DNA of 60,438 nucleotides, filler included, from Leucoraja ocellata (Eukaryota), in the NCBI GenBank assembly GCA_036785375.1. It is 3 parts of 3 records of this genome, joined end to end, with 100 filler letters (N's around TTAATTAATTAA, not from the genome) between each part and the next. Parts side by side here need not be neighbours in the genome. Positions count along the whole stretch, not along the records: positions 24,330 to 46,849 come from JAWMAR010001661.1; 2 more parts are not named here. One strand, 5' to 3'. The first letter of the stretch is position 1, and every line of letters begins with the position of its first letter. Of this stretch, positions 24,330-37,995 are shown piece after piece. The translations under genes were made by a program, and so were the position numbers. Below the pieces are notes generated by a model that was given only the letters and a program-made list of their open reading frames with translations, searched no databases and was not told where the DNA came from.

Positions 24330-26207
24330 GCTCTAGTCCAAGTTGATACACTTCGGTGGTGGCAAATGTCTGTTGACATGGGTGCAAACAAGTCAAAATA
24401 TCCGGTGATAGTTTACCCAAACCTCATTATGGTACACAATATGGGTGTTGGATCACAAAGTATTAAAATACATTGTGAACATTAAAGACCAAGAAGCTTC
24501 CATCGAGGCTCAATCAGCAGTGGAAAATATGTGGCATGTCAGTAGCGATGGTTACATTCTAGCTACACTAAGGAGGAATGTTCTTTTATGTCTTCCTCCA
24601 TTTCTGCCTCATCAGACAGGTTTGAAAAATTCAGCAAGTTCCCGCCTCAGGCATTTTTATAGTGCCTGCCGGGCTTAGCCAGCCATGGTTCCCACTGATG
24701 TGGGGTATGATAGAACCATATATGGTTATTCTAGACACAAGTATTGGTCTTGCCGTGACGCGAGAAACTGTCCTCAGCATGATATAATCAATTCTTTGAC
24801 TTACAGAGACTGAGAAGACCGTTCCTGCGGCTGGGGTTGTTAAACCAACCATGAACGTGCTCGCTGCAGATCGCAGGGATAGCACCAAAAAATATTAATA
24901 TTTCCGCATAAGGAGATGGGAGGTATTTGTTTTATGATATATTGCATATTTGGCACGATGACTGACGTCTTGTAGTTCAGGCTCATATGAGGGCTTGACA
25001 AATCATGATGTCTAAAGTGCCATCTACCATACCTAAAGTGCTTCATCATACTGGCTGGGAGGAGTAGAATCCACTCTGGGGAGGTCACCCTCTGAGTTCT
25101 AGATTATGAAGGAAATCTGCAACTCAAAAACTCCCAGGCCCAGGGACGCAGAGATATGGGGTGTTAACGTTGCGCTTACGTCGCTTCGCTGAAGGGCTCC
25201 AGCTACATCCCTGTCCTTGGGCTAACTCACTTATATGTGGTTATGCTCATAGCCCTGCATGCAGCACAAAAGGTCGAGTCATTTCATAAACGTTGACTGG
25301 ACAGGATGATTATATCTGCAGGCTAAATAACACTTATGTTATGACTTAGTCAAGCAGTATAGACCAGGGGCACCAGATCTCAAACTAGATGTTCACATAT
25401 CCCATGAACCTTCGATTGTGTATGGTCACACATCTACACCAGAATGTTAGATCACTAGAGCCTAGAGACTCTGAACTAGCAATATTGTTAGTTACATCTA
25501 GCATCAAAAGAAGGTATCACTTCAGACCATCTTCAGATGATTATGGGTCTGGCTTATACAGGAGTAAATACTGACATTTCAAATCACTCCACCAAGGCTG
25601 CAACAACCTCAGCAGCAGGGTCATGGAAGTTAGCGGGACCACATCCTAGTGGTTGCAGGATGGTCAATGTAGCAATTTTCCACACATTTAGTACTAACCC
25701 ATTACCAGATCGGGGGAATTTACGAACTCTATGTTAAGTTCTGTTCATAGTTCCTCCCGGGTGAGGGAGGTTACTATTGTCATTATTCATGTCTGAATAT
25801 GATAACATACTTCCTCCCCTGGTCAACTAAGGCAGTGAGTGAAGCATGGACTTGTTCCACAGCATGAAATCACAGATCTTTAAAATCTTCACGTAGTCAC
25901 TCACGTGACTCCGAAGTAAAATAGTAATATAAACGAGAACTTACCAGTTTGAAGTTTGATCTTTATTTTATAAGGAGTTACGATGAGGGATTACGTGCCC
26001 TCCGCTCCCACCCTCTATTATAAAGGTCAACTGGTATCCTAGTTCTTCTTATCTTACTATGTTTATTTTTACTGTGATTCCACACCGCTGCTTTGAAGAA
26101 TGTCGCGCATGCGTGCTGGCGGGGTCTTCATGTAATCCCTCATCGTAACTCCTCATAAAATAAAGATCAAACTTCAAACTGGTAAGTTCTCGTTTAATCT
26201 TACTATT
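24330..26207 (+). mobile_element. Degenerate DIRS, 3' half
   Basis: Decayed MT-like (QPWFP) and YR (HSTKAA) remnants. ICR 25886-25997 and right terminus 26099-26207 are well preserved. Confidence 0.85.
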
Positions 26208-26790
26208 AATCCACATTAAACAGCACTGTCCTGCTTCTTCCCACTCAACCAACCTATACAAGTCACCCCGCAGCCTCATAGAATCTTCCTCGCAGCCCAC
26301 ACTACCACCCAGCATTGTGTCACCCGCAAACTTATTGTTTCATTTAATTCCATCGTCTAAATCATTAATATATATTGTAAACAACGGGAGTCCCAGCAGC
26401 GATCCTTGCGGCACCCCACTAGTCACTGCCTGCCAGTAGATCCTCGCTCCCCTAGTTTTTCCGGGAGATTGTTTGTGTCGTCCTTAGTGAAGACAAAACT
26501 AAAGTACTCGTTTAACTGGTCTGCCTTTTCATGTTTCCCATTATAAATTCCCATTATAAATCCACCCGTTTCTGACTGTAAGGGACCTATATTTGCCTTC
26601 ACTAATCTCTTCCTCTTCACATATCTTTAAAAGATTTTACAGTCAGTTGTTAAATTCTCCGCATGCTTTCTTTCATGCTCTATTTCCCCCCTCAATGTCC
26701 TCCTCTGTTGAATTCTAAATGTCTCCCAGTCCTCCGGTTTGCTGCTTCCTCTGGCCAATGTTTATGCCTCTTTATTGGATTTAACACGAT
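26208..26790 (-). mobile_element. Degenerate CR1 ORF2 fragment
   Basis: Reverse-complement match to the CR1 GVPQGS and LNEYFSFVFTK regions. Confidence 0.8.
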
Positions 26791-29700
26791 CTTCATGATC
26801 TACATTTTCAATGACCTGAGAATATTTTCGGGCGTAGAAGAGTGAGCAGTGCAAGAGAAGCATTCATGAGAAATAATGGAAATAGCCCCTTTAGGTATCT
26901 ATCCTTGTGACTATATTTAATTGTAATTTTTGAGATGCCGCATGGATACAGGCCCTTGTGCCTAACGAGTCCATGGTGAACATCGACCTGCTGTTCACAC
27001 TAGTTTATTGTTACCCACTCTCATCCACATCGAACATATAAAAGGCAATAATACACAGCCCATTACACCTACAGATCCGTATATCTTTGGGATGTGGTAG
27101 GAAACCGGAGCCCCCGGAGTAAATCTACGCGGTGACAACCTCCACACAGACAGCTCCAGAGGTAAGGATCGAACCTGGATCTGTGCAACTGTGTGGCAGT
27201 GTGCAGATTAAGACATGAGCAGGAGCATCACATTAAATACACGCTCCGTGCGATTTATAGTGTATGGAGGGATCTCGTCTCCGCATCCAACCAACACTGC
27301 ATTTGTCCCAGTGCATTTCATGGGAGAGAGTCAAGTGAACTTTGTCATTGGGTCTCGTCAAGGATTACCCTCCCCTATAATATTTGTCCGAAAAACAGTT
27401 GCAAGGGCTTTGCTCACTATATTAGTAGTACATCCCTCTACTCTTGTAGAATTGGAACGAGCAATGTTTATGGAGATAACCATGTATTTACCAGTGGTGT
27501 CATTGCCCGTGGAGTGACTCCAGCAGATATACCGATAATGCTTAGCTGTGATTAAATGGTTAAATCAAGGACTGATTCTATCCGTGCAAAGACATTGACT
27601 TTTGATTGACCTGTCATTGATGTCAGTTCAATAGACATTTTGTAACTTTCTTGGGCCCAGAAACATGGCGACTATTTGTACATTACCTCGGCGAGGTCTG
27701 CTGTGCGAATTTACTGGATTATATGATAAAATAAAGAATTTCACTGCACCTAGCTGCATGTGGCAATAAAGTATCATTGAATCGTTGAATCGTTGGTTTT
27801 GTTGTATTACGGTGCATTCATTTACTAAAACAATGTGAAATATACAATTAATTGACAATTAAATCATAAGGGTTGATAGGTTTAACATAAGCGTAGGGCA
27901 GTGCATGTGCCCAAGGAGTATTTCTACCACACTCAATAGTCAGAAAGAGATGACTGGTGCAGGAAAATATGCGGGGAAACACATGGATCACAGCATTTGT
28001 CGATTTGTAAAACGTCTGTGTGCTCTGCCTAAAGAACATGGAATCCAGACCCCACTGATCATCCCAGATATGTTTTACATTTTCACACATGCCTACATTA
28101 TATCATCCAGTGACCTTCACGCAGAAGCGCTCACTTCATGTACGCGGCTTCAGTGTGCAAAGGGGAACAATGTGGACACCTCTGGCCTTCGCTAAACTAG
28201 AATATAATGAGTATCAATTCGGTATTTTACGATATCCTACTCATCTGTGTGGTGTGTGACTAGCAATCATACCCACTATATGAACTACCTTATGTCAGAT
28301 AATCTCTAAACAGATTCCATACAGAATCTAAGAGACATTGATCCCACTGTAAACGTGAAAGTTAATCCCAATCAAACACAGTAGCCGGGATTTACACGAT
28401 CAGAATTGATACTCCTGACAGTTTAATTGAAATGATGCAGCATGCAACCAATACGATTGGTAGCTGGAAGTTTGCGAGATATAGATTGCGAGGTAGTTTT
28501 TTATTTTGTTAGTTGTAATTCATCATCACAGTTTTCAGTGTTTGAGCAGCAGACTGCAAGTGCCTGGTTAATTTAGCAGCACGGCCGACACAGATGTTTC
28601 CTTTCAGTTACATGGTGACCTCTTGCCCATCATTCATAATTTCGCCACAGAAAATGTAGAAGAGGGGGGATATTCTGATTCAGCATTCCTTCCTTATGTG
28701 AGTGGTGAATCTCTGGAACTCGCTGCCACAGAGGGTAGTTGAGGCCAGTTCATTGGCTATATATATTTAAGAGGGAGTTAGATGTGGCCCTTGTGGCTAA
28801 GGGGATCAGGGGGTATGGAGAGAAGGCAGGTACGGGATACTGAGTTGGATGATTAGCCATGATCATATTGAATGGCGGTGCAGGCTCGAAGGGCCGAATG
28901 GCCTACTCCTGCACCTAATTTCTATGTTTCTATGTTTATGCTATTAGTCATTCTATCATTTATTCAATGCGTACTCTTATGATAACAAAGACCGTTTGTG
29001 CAGAGCCACATAAACACAAACAATTAGTGTGAGGCGTTAATAAAGTTAATTTAGTTTTCCCCACATGGATTTAATGGACATGTAGTCTTGGAGAAGCCAC
29101 GGGGAACCTGATCGATATGGCAGCGATTTAAAATGGATTTGATATAACATAGGAGTACAAAAGATAACAGATAGATCACACGAGTGGGCCGTTTGATCTC
29201 AGATTACACGTTAGAAACATAGAAACATCGGATGGAAGCTGCATACTAAATCTCTATGCACATATGTGCAATGACAATAAAATATGTTATTATAAACTTG
29301 ATCATGAATGATCGTCCAAAATGTTAAGTTTTCCCTGCCACATCTGTGTCTCACAATGTTATTAGCCTCACAACTCGCCGTTCAGGCTGAATTAAAAAAA
29401 ATGAATGACATTTCATATTTATTCTGATTCCATTTGATTTCACCTTTCCCCCACATATGATGTGGCTGGAGTCCAACACTCCACCCTTAGCAAAGAGCAG
29501 GAGGAGAACGGAAGCACCTGTGGATTATTTAGAGAAATGAATGTACTGGTTCCAGCCCGATGCACAGAGCTGCTGACTGCAAACTAACAACTCCAAGATC
29601 TGCCCAGCAACACGTGTCTCATACCCACAACTGGCGACGCAATTGGTTAACCAATGGGTCTTTAGGATTCATCATTTAATTGTGCTCTCTGACAGTTTGG

Positions 29701-29929
29701 ACCCAAAGCCACTCTGGACTGGAAGTGAGAAGTGTAAATGATTAATACTCATTACATCCATTCACAAATCTGCTAGATGCAGTTCTTGGAGTTGGAGGGA
29801 TCTAATAATATTTGGAAGAATCGGACACATGACGATCAGCAATGATTGGGTTGAAGGCTGAACCAGTTTTAAGGGCCTAATGGCCTACCTTGCTGCAATC
29901 GTTATTGTTCATGTCTAGTCATGATCCTA

Positions 29930-30261
29930 TGCCCCTGTCCCACTTAGGAAACCTGAACAGAAACCCCTGGAGACTTTGCGCCCCACCTAAGGTTTCCGTG
30001 CGGTTCCCAGAGGTTTTTGTTAGTCTCCCTGCCTGCTTCCACTACCAGCAAGAAGATGGGTTTCGGCACGAAACATTGCCTATTTCCTTTGTTCCATAAA
30101 TGCTGCTGCACCCGCTGAGTTTCTCCAGCATTTTTGTCTACCTTCCACTACCTGCAACCTCCGGCAACCACCTGCAACCTCCGGGAACCGCACGGAAACC
30201 TTGGGTGGGGTGCAAAGTCTACAGAGGTTTCCGTTCAGGTTTCCTAAGTGGGACAGGGGCA
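29930..30261. mobile_element. PIF/Harbinger-like MITE with an internal Penelope fragment
   Basis: About 85-bp TIRs starting TGCCCCTGTCCCACTTAGG. Flanks are CTA and TTA. Confidence 0.8.
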
Positions 30262-30344
30262 TTACTATAATATTTTTCAGTGTACAACATTATTGTTCAT
30301 GAAATTGCATTACAAATATTTCCCTGGAGCATGTCCCATATGCA

Positions 30345-32404
30345 ACAATAGACATTAGACAGAAGGTGCAGGAGTAGGCCATTCGGCCCTTCGAGCCAGC
30401 ACTGCCATTCAATGTGATCATGGCTGATCATCCCCAATCAGTACCCCGTTCATGCCTTCTCCCCATATCCCCTGACTGCGCTATATTTAAGAGCCTTATC
30501 TAGCTCTCTCTTGAAAGTATACAGAGAACCGGCTCCACCGCCCTCTGAGGCAGAGAATTCCACAGACTCACCACTCTCTGTGCAAAAATGTGTTTCCTCA
30601 TCTCCGTTCTAAATGGCCGACCCCTTATTCTTAAACTGTGGCCCCTGGTTCTGGACTCCCCCAACATCGGGAACATGTTTCCTGCCTCTAGCGTGTCCAA
30701 ACCCTGAATAATTTTATATTTCAATAAGATCCCCTCTCATCCATCAAATCTCCAGAGTTTACAAGCCCAGCTGCTCCATTCTCTCAGCATATGATAAACA
30801 GCATAACATGCTAAAAATGACATGTCAGAGAGTTTAAATGTGAATAAATGATGATAATTCACCTTGACTTAATGTCAAATACTTTAGAATCTGGCAGAAC
30901 ATAGTGACGGCTTGGCTGGCTTTACTTCTACAGAGAGTGTTAGCTATAGGGAGAGGTTGAGTAGGCCAGGTCACTATTTCATGGAGCGGAGGAGGATGAG
31001 GGGTGATCTTATAGGGTACAAAATGATGAGAATAGGGGAATCAAGGACCAGAGGACATGGGTTCAAGGTGAAGGGGAAAAGATTTAATAGGAATACGATG
31101 GGTAATATTTTCACACAGAGGGTGATGGGTGTATGGAACAAACTGCCAGAGGAGGTAGATGAGGATGGGACTATCCCATCGTTTAAGAAACAGTTGGACA
31201 GGTACATGGATAGGACAGGTTTGGAGGGATATGGACCAAACGCAGGCAGGTGGGACGAGTGTAGCTGGGACATTGTTGGTCAGTGTGGTCGAGTTGGGCC
31301 GAAGGGCCTGTTTCCACACTGTATCACTCTATGTTTCTATGACTCTGTCTTTCCGTTTCCACCGCTTCTGCTTTCTGTTGAGACCACATTGTCCGCAGTT
31401 GCTTGGTCTGCTCATCTCTGCCCACCGAAACCGTTCCATTCCCAAGCATTTCCCCAACATCCGCATGGAATGTAACCCCTTGCCCGACAGCTCCTGTTTC
31501 ACCAGCCATGCAGGCAGTCGTCCTAGTTCAGACTGAGATTCACATCCACCTCTGCAGATCACGTGTGCAGCATTTGTCTCCCGCGATGCTCATTCGTGTA
31601 CATTGGTGAGACCAAGCGTACACTAGGCGAACGTATTGATGACCATTTACGCTCTCTCCATAAGGTTCACAGTCAGTTAAGCTCTGCTTCCCATTCCCAC
31701 ACCGAGCATCTTCCATTGTTAACCTTGGCCTCACACACAGTGGAGAGCAGCACCCGATGATGATCCGCTGGAATATCTTACAATGGAACAGTATAAACAC
31801 CGATTGCTCCAATTTAGAATCATAGCACCCTGCACGTAGAAACATAGAAACATAGAAAATAGGTGCAGGAGTAGGCCATTCGGCCCTTCGAGCCTGCACT
31901 GCCATTCAATATGATCATGGCTGATCATCCAACTCAGTATCCTGTACCTGCCTTTTCTCCATACCCATTGATCCCTTTAGCCACAAGGGCCACATCTAAC
32001 TCCCTCTTAAATATAGCCAATGAACTGGCCTCAACTACCTTCTGTGGCAGAGAATTCCACAGATTCACCACTCTCTGTGTAAAAAATGATTTTCTCATCT
32101 CAGTCCGAAAAGATTTCCCCCTTATCCTTAATCTGTGACCCCTAGTTCTGGACTTCCCCAACAACGGGAATAATCTTCCTGCATCTAGCCTGTCCAAGCC
32201 CTTAAGAATTTTGTAAGTTTCTATAAGATCCCCCTCAATCTTCTAAATTCTAGCGAGTACAAGCCGAGTCTATCCAGTCTTTCTTCATATGAAAGTCCTG
32301 ACATCCCAGGAATCAGTCTGGTGAACCTTCTCTGTACTCCCTCTATGGCAAGAATGTCTTTCCTCAGATTAGGAGACCAAAACTGTACGCAATACTCCAG
32401 GTGT
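30345..32404. mobile_element. Cluster of CR1 3' fragments (30345-30795 -, 30935-31345 +, 31836-32404 -) and a Penelope GIY-YIG remnant (about 31400-31835 +)
   Basis: Repeated RTRGH..FFTQRVV..WN.LP motifs and VYIGETKRTLGER. Confidence 0.8.
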
Positions 32405-32669
32405 AGGTGAGGCTCAGGAGCCGTTGGTGAGGGAGGAGCGATGTCCGTGCTGTAGGTTTACAAACCCAGCACGGGGCTTGTTTCAACAGAGGCCCAGGAG
32501 CTGTTGGTGAGGGAGGAGGAACCCAACTCTGCAATGTTCCATTCGCAGATCACACTTCAAATTAAGTGGGCTTGAGGAAGCCGCTGATTGGTCGAACAGA
32601 CTAGAGGAAGCAACTTATTGGCTTGTATCCCGGGTATGGCTTTGTATTGTATCCAGGATAAGGGGGAGA

Positions 32670-34191
32670 ATGAAGGCCAGGGCAGTTTACTGTTCTGGAT
32701 GTCAGATGTGGGAGGTCATGGAGTCGGAGTGCCCGCCAGACGTCCACATCTGCGCCAGGTGCGTCGAGATGGGGCTCCTAAGGGACCGTGTTAGGAACCT
32801 GGAGCAGCAACTCGATGACCTCTGTCTGGTCAGGGAGAGCGAGGAGGTCATAGAGAGGAGTTACAGGGAGGTGGTCACTCCAAGACCACGGGAGACAGAC
32901 AACTGGGTCACAGTTAGGAAGGGCAATGGGCAGTGGCAGGGTCTAGTGAGTAGCCCGGTGCCTGTGCACCTTGAAAATAAGTAACCATATAACCATATAA
33001 CCATATAACAATTACAGCACGGAAACAGGCCATCTCGGCCCTACAAGTCCATGCCGAACAAATTTTTTTCCCCTTAGTCCCACCTGCCTGCACTCGTACC
33101 ATAACTCTCCATTCCCTTCTCATCCATATGCCTATCCAATTTATTTTTAAATGATACCAATGAACCTGCCTCCACCACTTCCACTGGGAGCTCATTCCAC
33201 ACCGCCACCACTCTCTGCGTAAAGACGTTCCCCCTCATATTACCCCTAAACTTCTGTCCCTTAATTCTGAAGTCATGTCCTCTTGTTTGAATCTTCCCTA
33301 TTCTCAAAGGGAAAAGCTTGTCCACATCAACTCTGTCTATCCCTCTCATCATTTTAAAGACCTCTATCAGGTCCCCCCTTAACCTTCTGCGCTCCAGAGA
33401 ATAAAGACCTAACTTATTCAACCTATCTCTGTAACTTAGTTGTTGAAACCCAGGCAACATTCTGGTAAATCTCCTCTGTACTCTCTCTATTTTGTTGACA
33501 TCCTTCCTATAATTTGGCGACCAAAATTGTACACCATACTCCAGATTTGGTCTCACCAATGTTTCATGTACTCATGTTTGAGTGAGGGTGGGGGAGACAG
33601 CCTACCTGGGGGCAGCGACAGCGGCCGGGCCTCTGGCACAAAGACCAGTCCTGTTGCTCAGAAGGGCAAGGAAAAGAAGAGGAGGGCAATTGTAATAGGG
33701 GACTCTATAGTCAGGGGGTCGGATAGGCGATTCTGTGGACGCAGACAGGAGACCCGGATGGTAGTTTGCCTCCCTGGTGCCAGGGTCAGGGATGTGTCTG
33801 AACATGTCCAAGAAATCCTGAAATGGGAGGGAGGGAGCCTGAGGTTGTGGTGCATATAGGTACCAACGACATAGGTTGAAAAAGAGAAGAGGTCCTGAAA
33901 GGAGAATTTAGGGAGTTAGGAAGAGAGTTAAGGAGAAGGACTGGAAAGGTAACAATATCAGGATTACTGCCTGTGCCACGCGACAGTGAGAGTAAGAATG
34001 GAGTGAGGTGGAGGATAAATGAGTGGATGAGGGACTGGTGCAGTGGGTATGGATTCAAGTTTCTGGATCATTGGGGCCTCTTTTGGGGAAGGTGCAACCT
34101 GTACAGAAAGGACGGGTTGCACTTGAACTCAAGGGGGACCAATATCCTGGCGGGGAGATTTGCAAAGGCTACTGGGGAAATTTTAAACTAG
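32670..34191 (+). mobile_element. CR1 ORF1 (zinc finger, coiled coil, SGNH esterase) split by an antisense CR1 3' fragment at 32981-33560
   Basis: CSGC...CARC, VIGDSIVR, PGA, HIGTND and DGLHLN motifs. Confidence 0.85.
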
Positions 34192-34834
34192 AATGGTTGG
34201 GGGGAGGGACTCAAATAGGGAAAGCTAGCAGTCAGTGTGTGAGGCAGGAGGCAGAGAAGGCGGGACTGTCATGTGTTAAAAGAATGGAGTGACTGGGCTT
34301 GTATACTCTGCAATTTAGAAGGATGAGAGGGCATCTTATTAAAACATATAAGATTATTAAGGGATTGGACATGCTAAAGACAGGAAACATGTTCCCGATG
34401 TTGGGGGAGTCTAGAACCAGGGGGCACATATTAAGAATAAGGGGTAGGCCATTTAGAACGGAGACGAGGAAAAACCTTTTCACCCAGAGAGTTGTGAATT
34501 TGTGAAATTTTCTACCTCATAAGTCAGTGGAGGCAAATTTTCTGGATGCTTTCAAGAAAGAGTTAGATAGAGCTCTTAAAGATAGCGGAGTCAGGGGATA
34601 TGGGGAGAAGGCAGGAACGGAGTACTGATTGGGGATGATCAGCCATAATCACATTGAATGGCGGTGCTGGTTCGAAGGGCCGAATGGCCCTAGTCCTGCA
34701 CCTATTGTCTATTGTCAATCGAGAAACATTGCAGAAAGATGCTATCCCATCATTCAGGGTCGCTTCGCTCTTCCATAAGATCACGGCGGATGCCGTCTAA
34801 GAATCCTCATCACCTTTCCTCTCATTCCCCGTAC

Positions 34835-35875
34835 TCCTTGATGTGGGCGGCGCGACCGGTGTCGCAGCGGCCTCTGCAGTCTGTCCGTGTTATTTTTGTT
34901 TTTTTTTGTCCTGTTGAGGGTTTAGTTGTAGCGGTTTAGCGTTTTTTTTATTTTATTTTTTTTAATGTGTATGTGTGGGGGGTGGGGGATGGGTGGGGAA
35001 ACTTTTAATCTCTTCCCTGCATGGAGACCCGACCTTTTCCCTGTCGGGTCTCCGTTGCCGTTGGGGCCTAGCGCCGTGGAGCGGCCTCCACCGGAACGAC
35101 CTGGAGGCTCAAGTCACGGCGCCTGTGGAGCCGCGGAGCTGCTGTGGAGCCGCGGAGCTGCTGTGGAGCTGCTGTGGAGCTGCTGTGGAGCCGCGGAGCT
35201 GCTGTGGAGCCGCGGAGCTGCTGTGGAGCTGCTGTGGAGCTGCTGTGGAGCCGCGGAGCCTGTGGAGCTGCTGTGGAGCTGTGGAGCTGCTGTGGAGCTG
35301 CTGTGGAGCTGTGGAGCTGCTGTGGAGCTGCTGTGGAGCTGTGGAGCTGCTGTGGAGCTGCTGTGGAGCCGCGGAGCCTGTGGAGCTGTGGAGCTGTTGT
35401 GGAGCTGCTGTGGAGCTGCTGCGGACTTACCTACGTGGAGCTGGCCGGCTTCGAGGCGTGGAGAGCGGCGGTGGCGCGTGGATGCGGCCCGGCTCCGGTG
35501 GATGGTGACACCGGGAGCTCGCGGATCCCCGGTGGGAGGCTGCTTTGCGGGGCACCGGCAGCGGCGACTTCTCCCGCCCGAATTGCGGGGTTGAGAGTGA
35601 CCTGGAGCCCTACAACGCCCGGCGCGGCCTTAATTTGCCGCGGACTAGCGCCCGCCGGGGGCTTTGACCTCGACTTCGGGAGGGAAATGGAATGCAGGGG
35701 AGAGACAAGAACTTTGCCTTCCATCACAGTGAGGAGGAGAGCCACTGTGATGGATGGTTATGTGAATAATGTTGGTGTGTGTTTTGGTTCTTTTATTGTA
35801 TGGCTGCAGAAACTACATTTCGTTTGAACCTCGTGTGAGGTTCAAATGACAAATAAAGGTATTGTATTGTATTGC
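34835..35875 (+). mobile_element. Non-coding retroposon-like element with an internal minisatellite
   Basis: GC-rich body, two hairpins, AATAAA and a (TATTG)n tail. Related to 41049-41734. Confidence 0.6.
35122..35425 (+). repeat. (GGAGCTGCTGT / GGAGCCGC / GGAGCTGT)n minisatellite
   Basis: Directly visible tandem array of 8- and 11-nt units. Confidence 0.95.
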
Positions 35876-36732
35876 CTTGTTTGATTTTTTTAAACTGCAC
35901 CAGAATCCAATTCAAATATTGTCAATATATTCATATCCATTGTTGTCGGGAATAGAGAATTCCAAAGTGTCACAACTCCCTGTCACAAATTACTCTGAAT
36001 CACCAATTGCATTGGCTACCCCTTATTCTGAATCCACGCTCCTCAGTCCTGAACACCACTGTTGAAAAAATAATCTCACCAGCTAGCCCATCAACCCAGC
36101 TCAGAATATTAACAATAGTAAGGTCATCTCAAGGTCTTTGTTTATGCAGTGGCCTCTTTCTGCTTATCTGCCTCTCTACGTCATCCTGTCATGCAAGAAT
36201 CAGCTTAGTGAAGCTTGCACTACCGCCCTTATAAATGTCCCAAGCATTGTAGTTCGGCATTAGAGATGTCTCCAGACATGATCTAATTAGAAACCTATAA
36301 AACGTCCCATCGTCCGTATCCTTCCTCCAGCCATCTGCCAATCGATATCCTCACCTGCATTCTCCCTAAATCTAACCCTAACCCTATCCCGAACCCCAGC
36401 GGTAGGAATATTGATCTTCCTTATTTCCTGTAACCTTTGCAATCCATCACTCCCATTCCTCACCCATCCAAGTCATCCTACTAGTTTCACTGTCGTCCTG
36501 CTTAGTTTTATGGCTTGTATACACTCGTTATCACCTTTTCCACAGCCAACAAGAGGCCATTGTGGGCTCCACCATTCCTTGATCGTTGTGGCTGGCTTTT
36601 ATTTTTTTATTTTCGTAACTTTCATTCATATGTTATTTGTACCCTTACATGCCTCTTCCCCCCCCCCCCCCCCCTTGATGTTTCAGCCAGGCAAGTAAGA
36701 ATGTTATCCAATATTAGTATGTCATTAATATT

Positions 36733-37995
36733 AGTTCCGCAAGGGTCGGTGCTGGGACCCCAGTTGTTCACAATTTATATAAATGATTTGGAGGAGGGAA
36801 CCAAGTGTAATATATCAAAATTTGCGGACGATACAAAAATGGGAGGAAAAGTAGGGGATGAGGAGGATAGGAAGAGTCTGCAAAAGGATATAGATAAGCT
36901 AGGTGAGTGGGCAACAACTTGGCAGATGAAATTTAATACTAATAAATGTGAAGTCATTCACTTTGGGAAAAAAAATGATAGGGCAAGTTATTTTCTAAAT
37001 GAGGAGGAGCTGCGTTGTAATGCAACGCAAGGGATCTAGGGGTATTAGTACATGAATCACTGAAAGTTAGTATGCAGGTGCAGCAAGCAATCAGGAAGGC
37101 CAATGGAGTTTTGGCCTTTATTGCTAGGGGGATTGAGTATAAAAACACGGAGGTCTTGCTGCAGCTGTACACAGTATTAGTGAGACCACATTTGGAATAC
37201 TGTGTACAGTTCTGGGGTCCATACTTAAGAAAGGATGTACTAGCCCTGGAGGCAGTGCAGCAAAGGTTTACAAGATTAATTCCTGCAATGAGGGGATTGA
37301 CATATGAGGAAAGGTTAAGTAGGCTGGAACTCTACTCTTTGGAGTTTAGAAGAATGAGAGGCGATCTCATTGAAACATATAAGATCGTGAGGGGCCTTGA
37401 TCGGGTGGATGCACCGAGGATGTTCCCAAGGATCGGGGAAACTAGAACTAGGGGACATAGTTGCAGAATAAGGGGGGGCTCTTTTAAAACTGAGATGAGG
37501 AAGAACTTCTTCACCCAGAGGGTGGTTAATTTATGGAATTCACTGCCCCAGGGAGCAGTGGAAGCAGAAACTTTAAATATATTTAAGACTAAAATAGATG
37601 GTTTTTTAGCTGCCAAGGGGATAAGGGGCTACGGGGAGAGGGCAGGGATATGGACCTAGGTATGGTTAGTATAGTAAGACCTGAGTGATCTCCTGGACAA
37701 GTGTCGATCGCCTGGATTGGGGTCGGAGAGGAATTTCCCGGATTTTTTTTCCCGAATTGGACCTGGGTTTTTATCCGTTTTTTTGCCTCCCCCAGGAGAT
37801 CACGAGGTTCTTGGGGTGGAGAGGGGTGATAGCGGTATAAAGGGGAGGGTAGTGTCTTGTGTTCTGTGTCTTGTGTCTACTGTTTGTGGGTAAGTGTGTC
37901 TGTTTAGTGTTCAGCCATGAGCGAAAGGCGGTGCGGGCTCGACGGACCTGGTGGTCTACTCTCGCACCTACTTTCTATGTTTCTATGTTTCTATG
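36733..37995 (+). mobile_element. CR1 of a distinct subfamily with a long structured 3' UTR
   Basis: [19 protein letters not shown]-terminal ORF 37072-37659 and a TTCTATGT tail. Confidence 0.9.

Noticed and set aside
27193-28195. Short ORFs in non-repetitive-looking middle sequence
   Set aside because: No Ig-domain Cys/Trp pattern, no recognisable motifs and no convincing splice framework.
35721-35753. CACAGTG/CACTGTG heptamers as possible RSSs (also 41580-41608)
   Set aside because: No nonamer at 12 or 23 nt and no adjacent gene segment. They are arms of a retroposon hairpin.
34965-35827. Three overlapping ORFs of 177-227 aa
   Set aside because: By-products of a stop-free GC-rich minisatellite, giving low-complexity translations.
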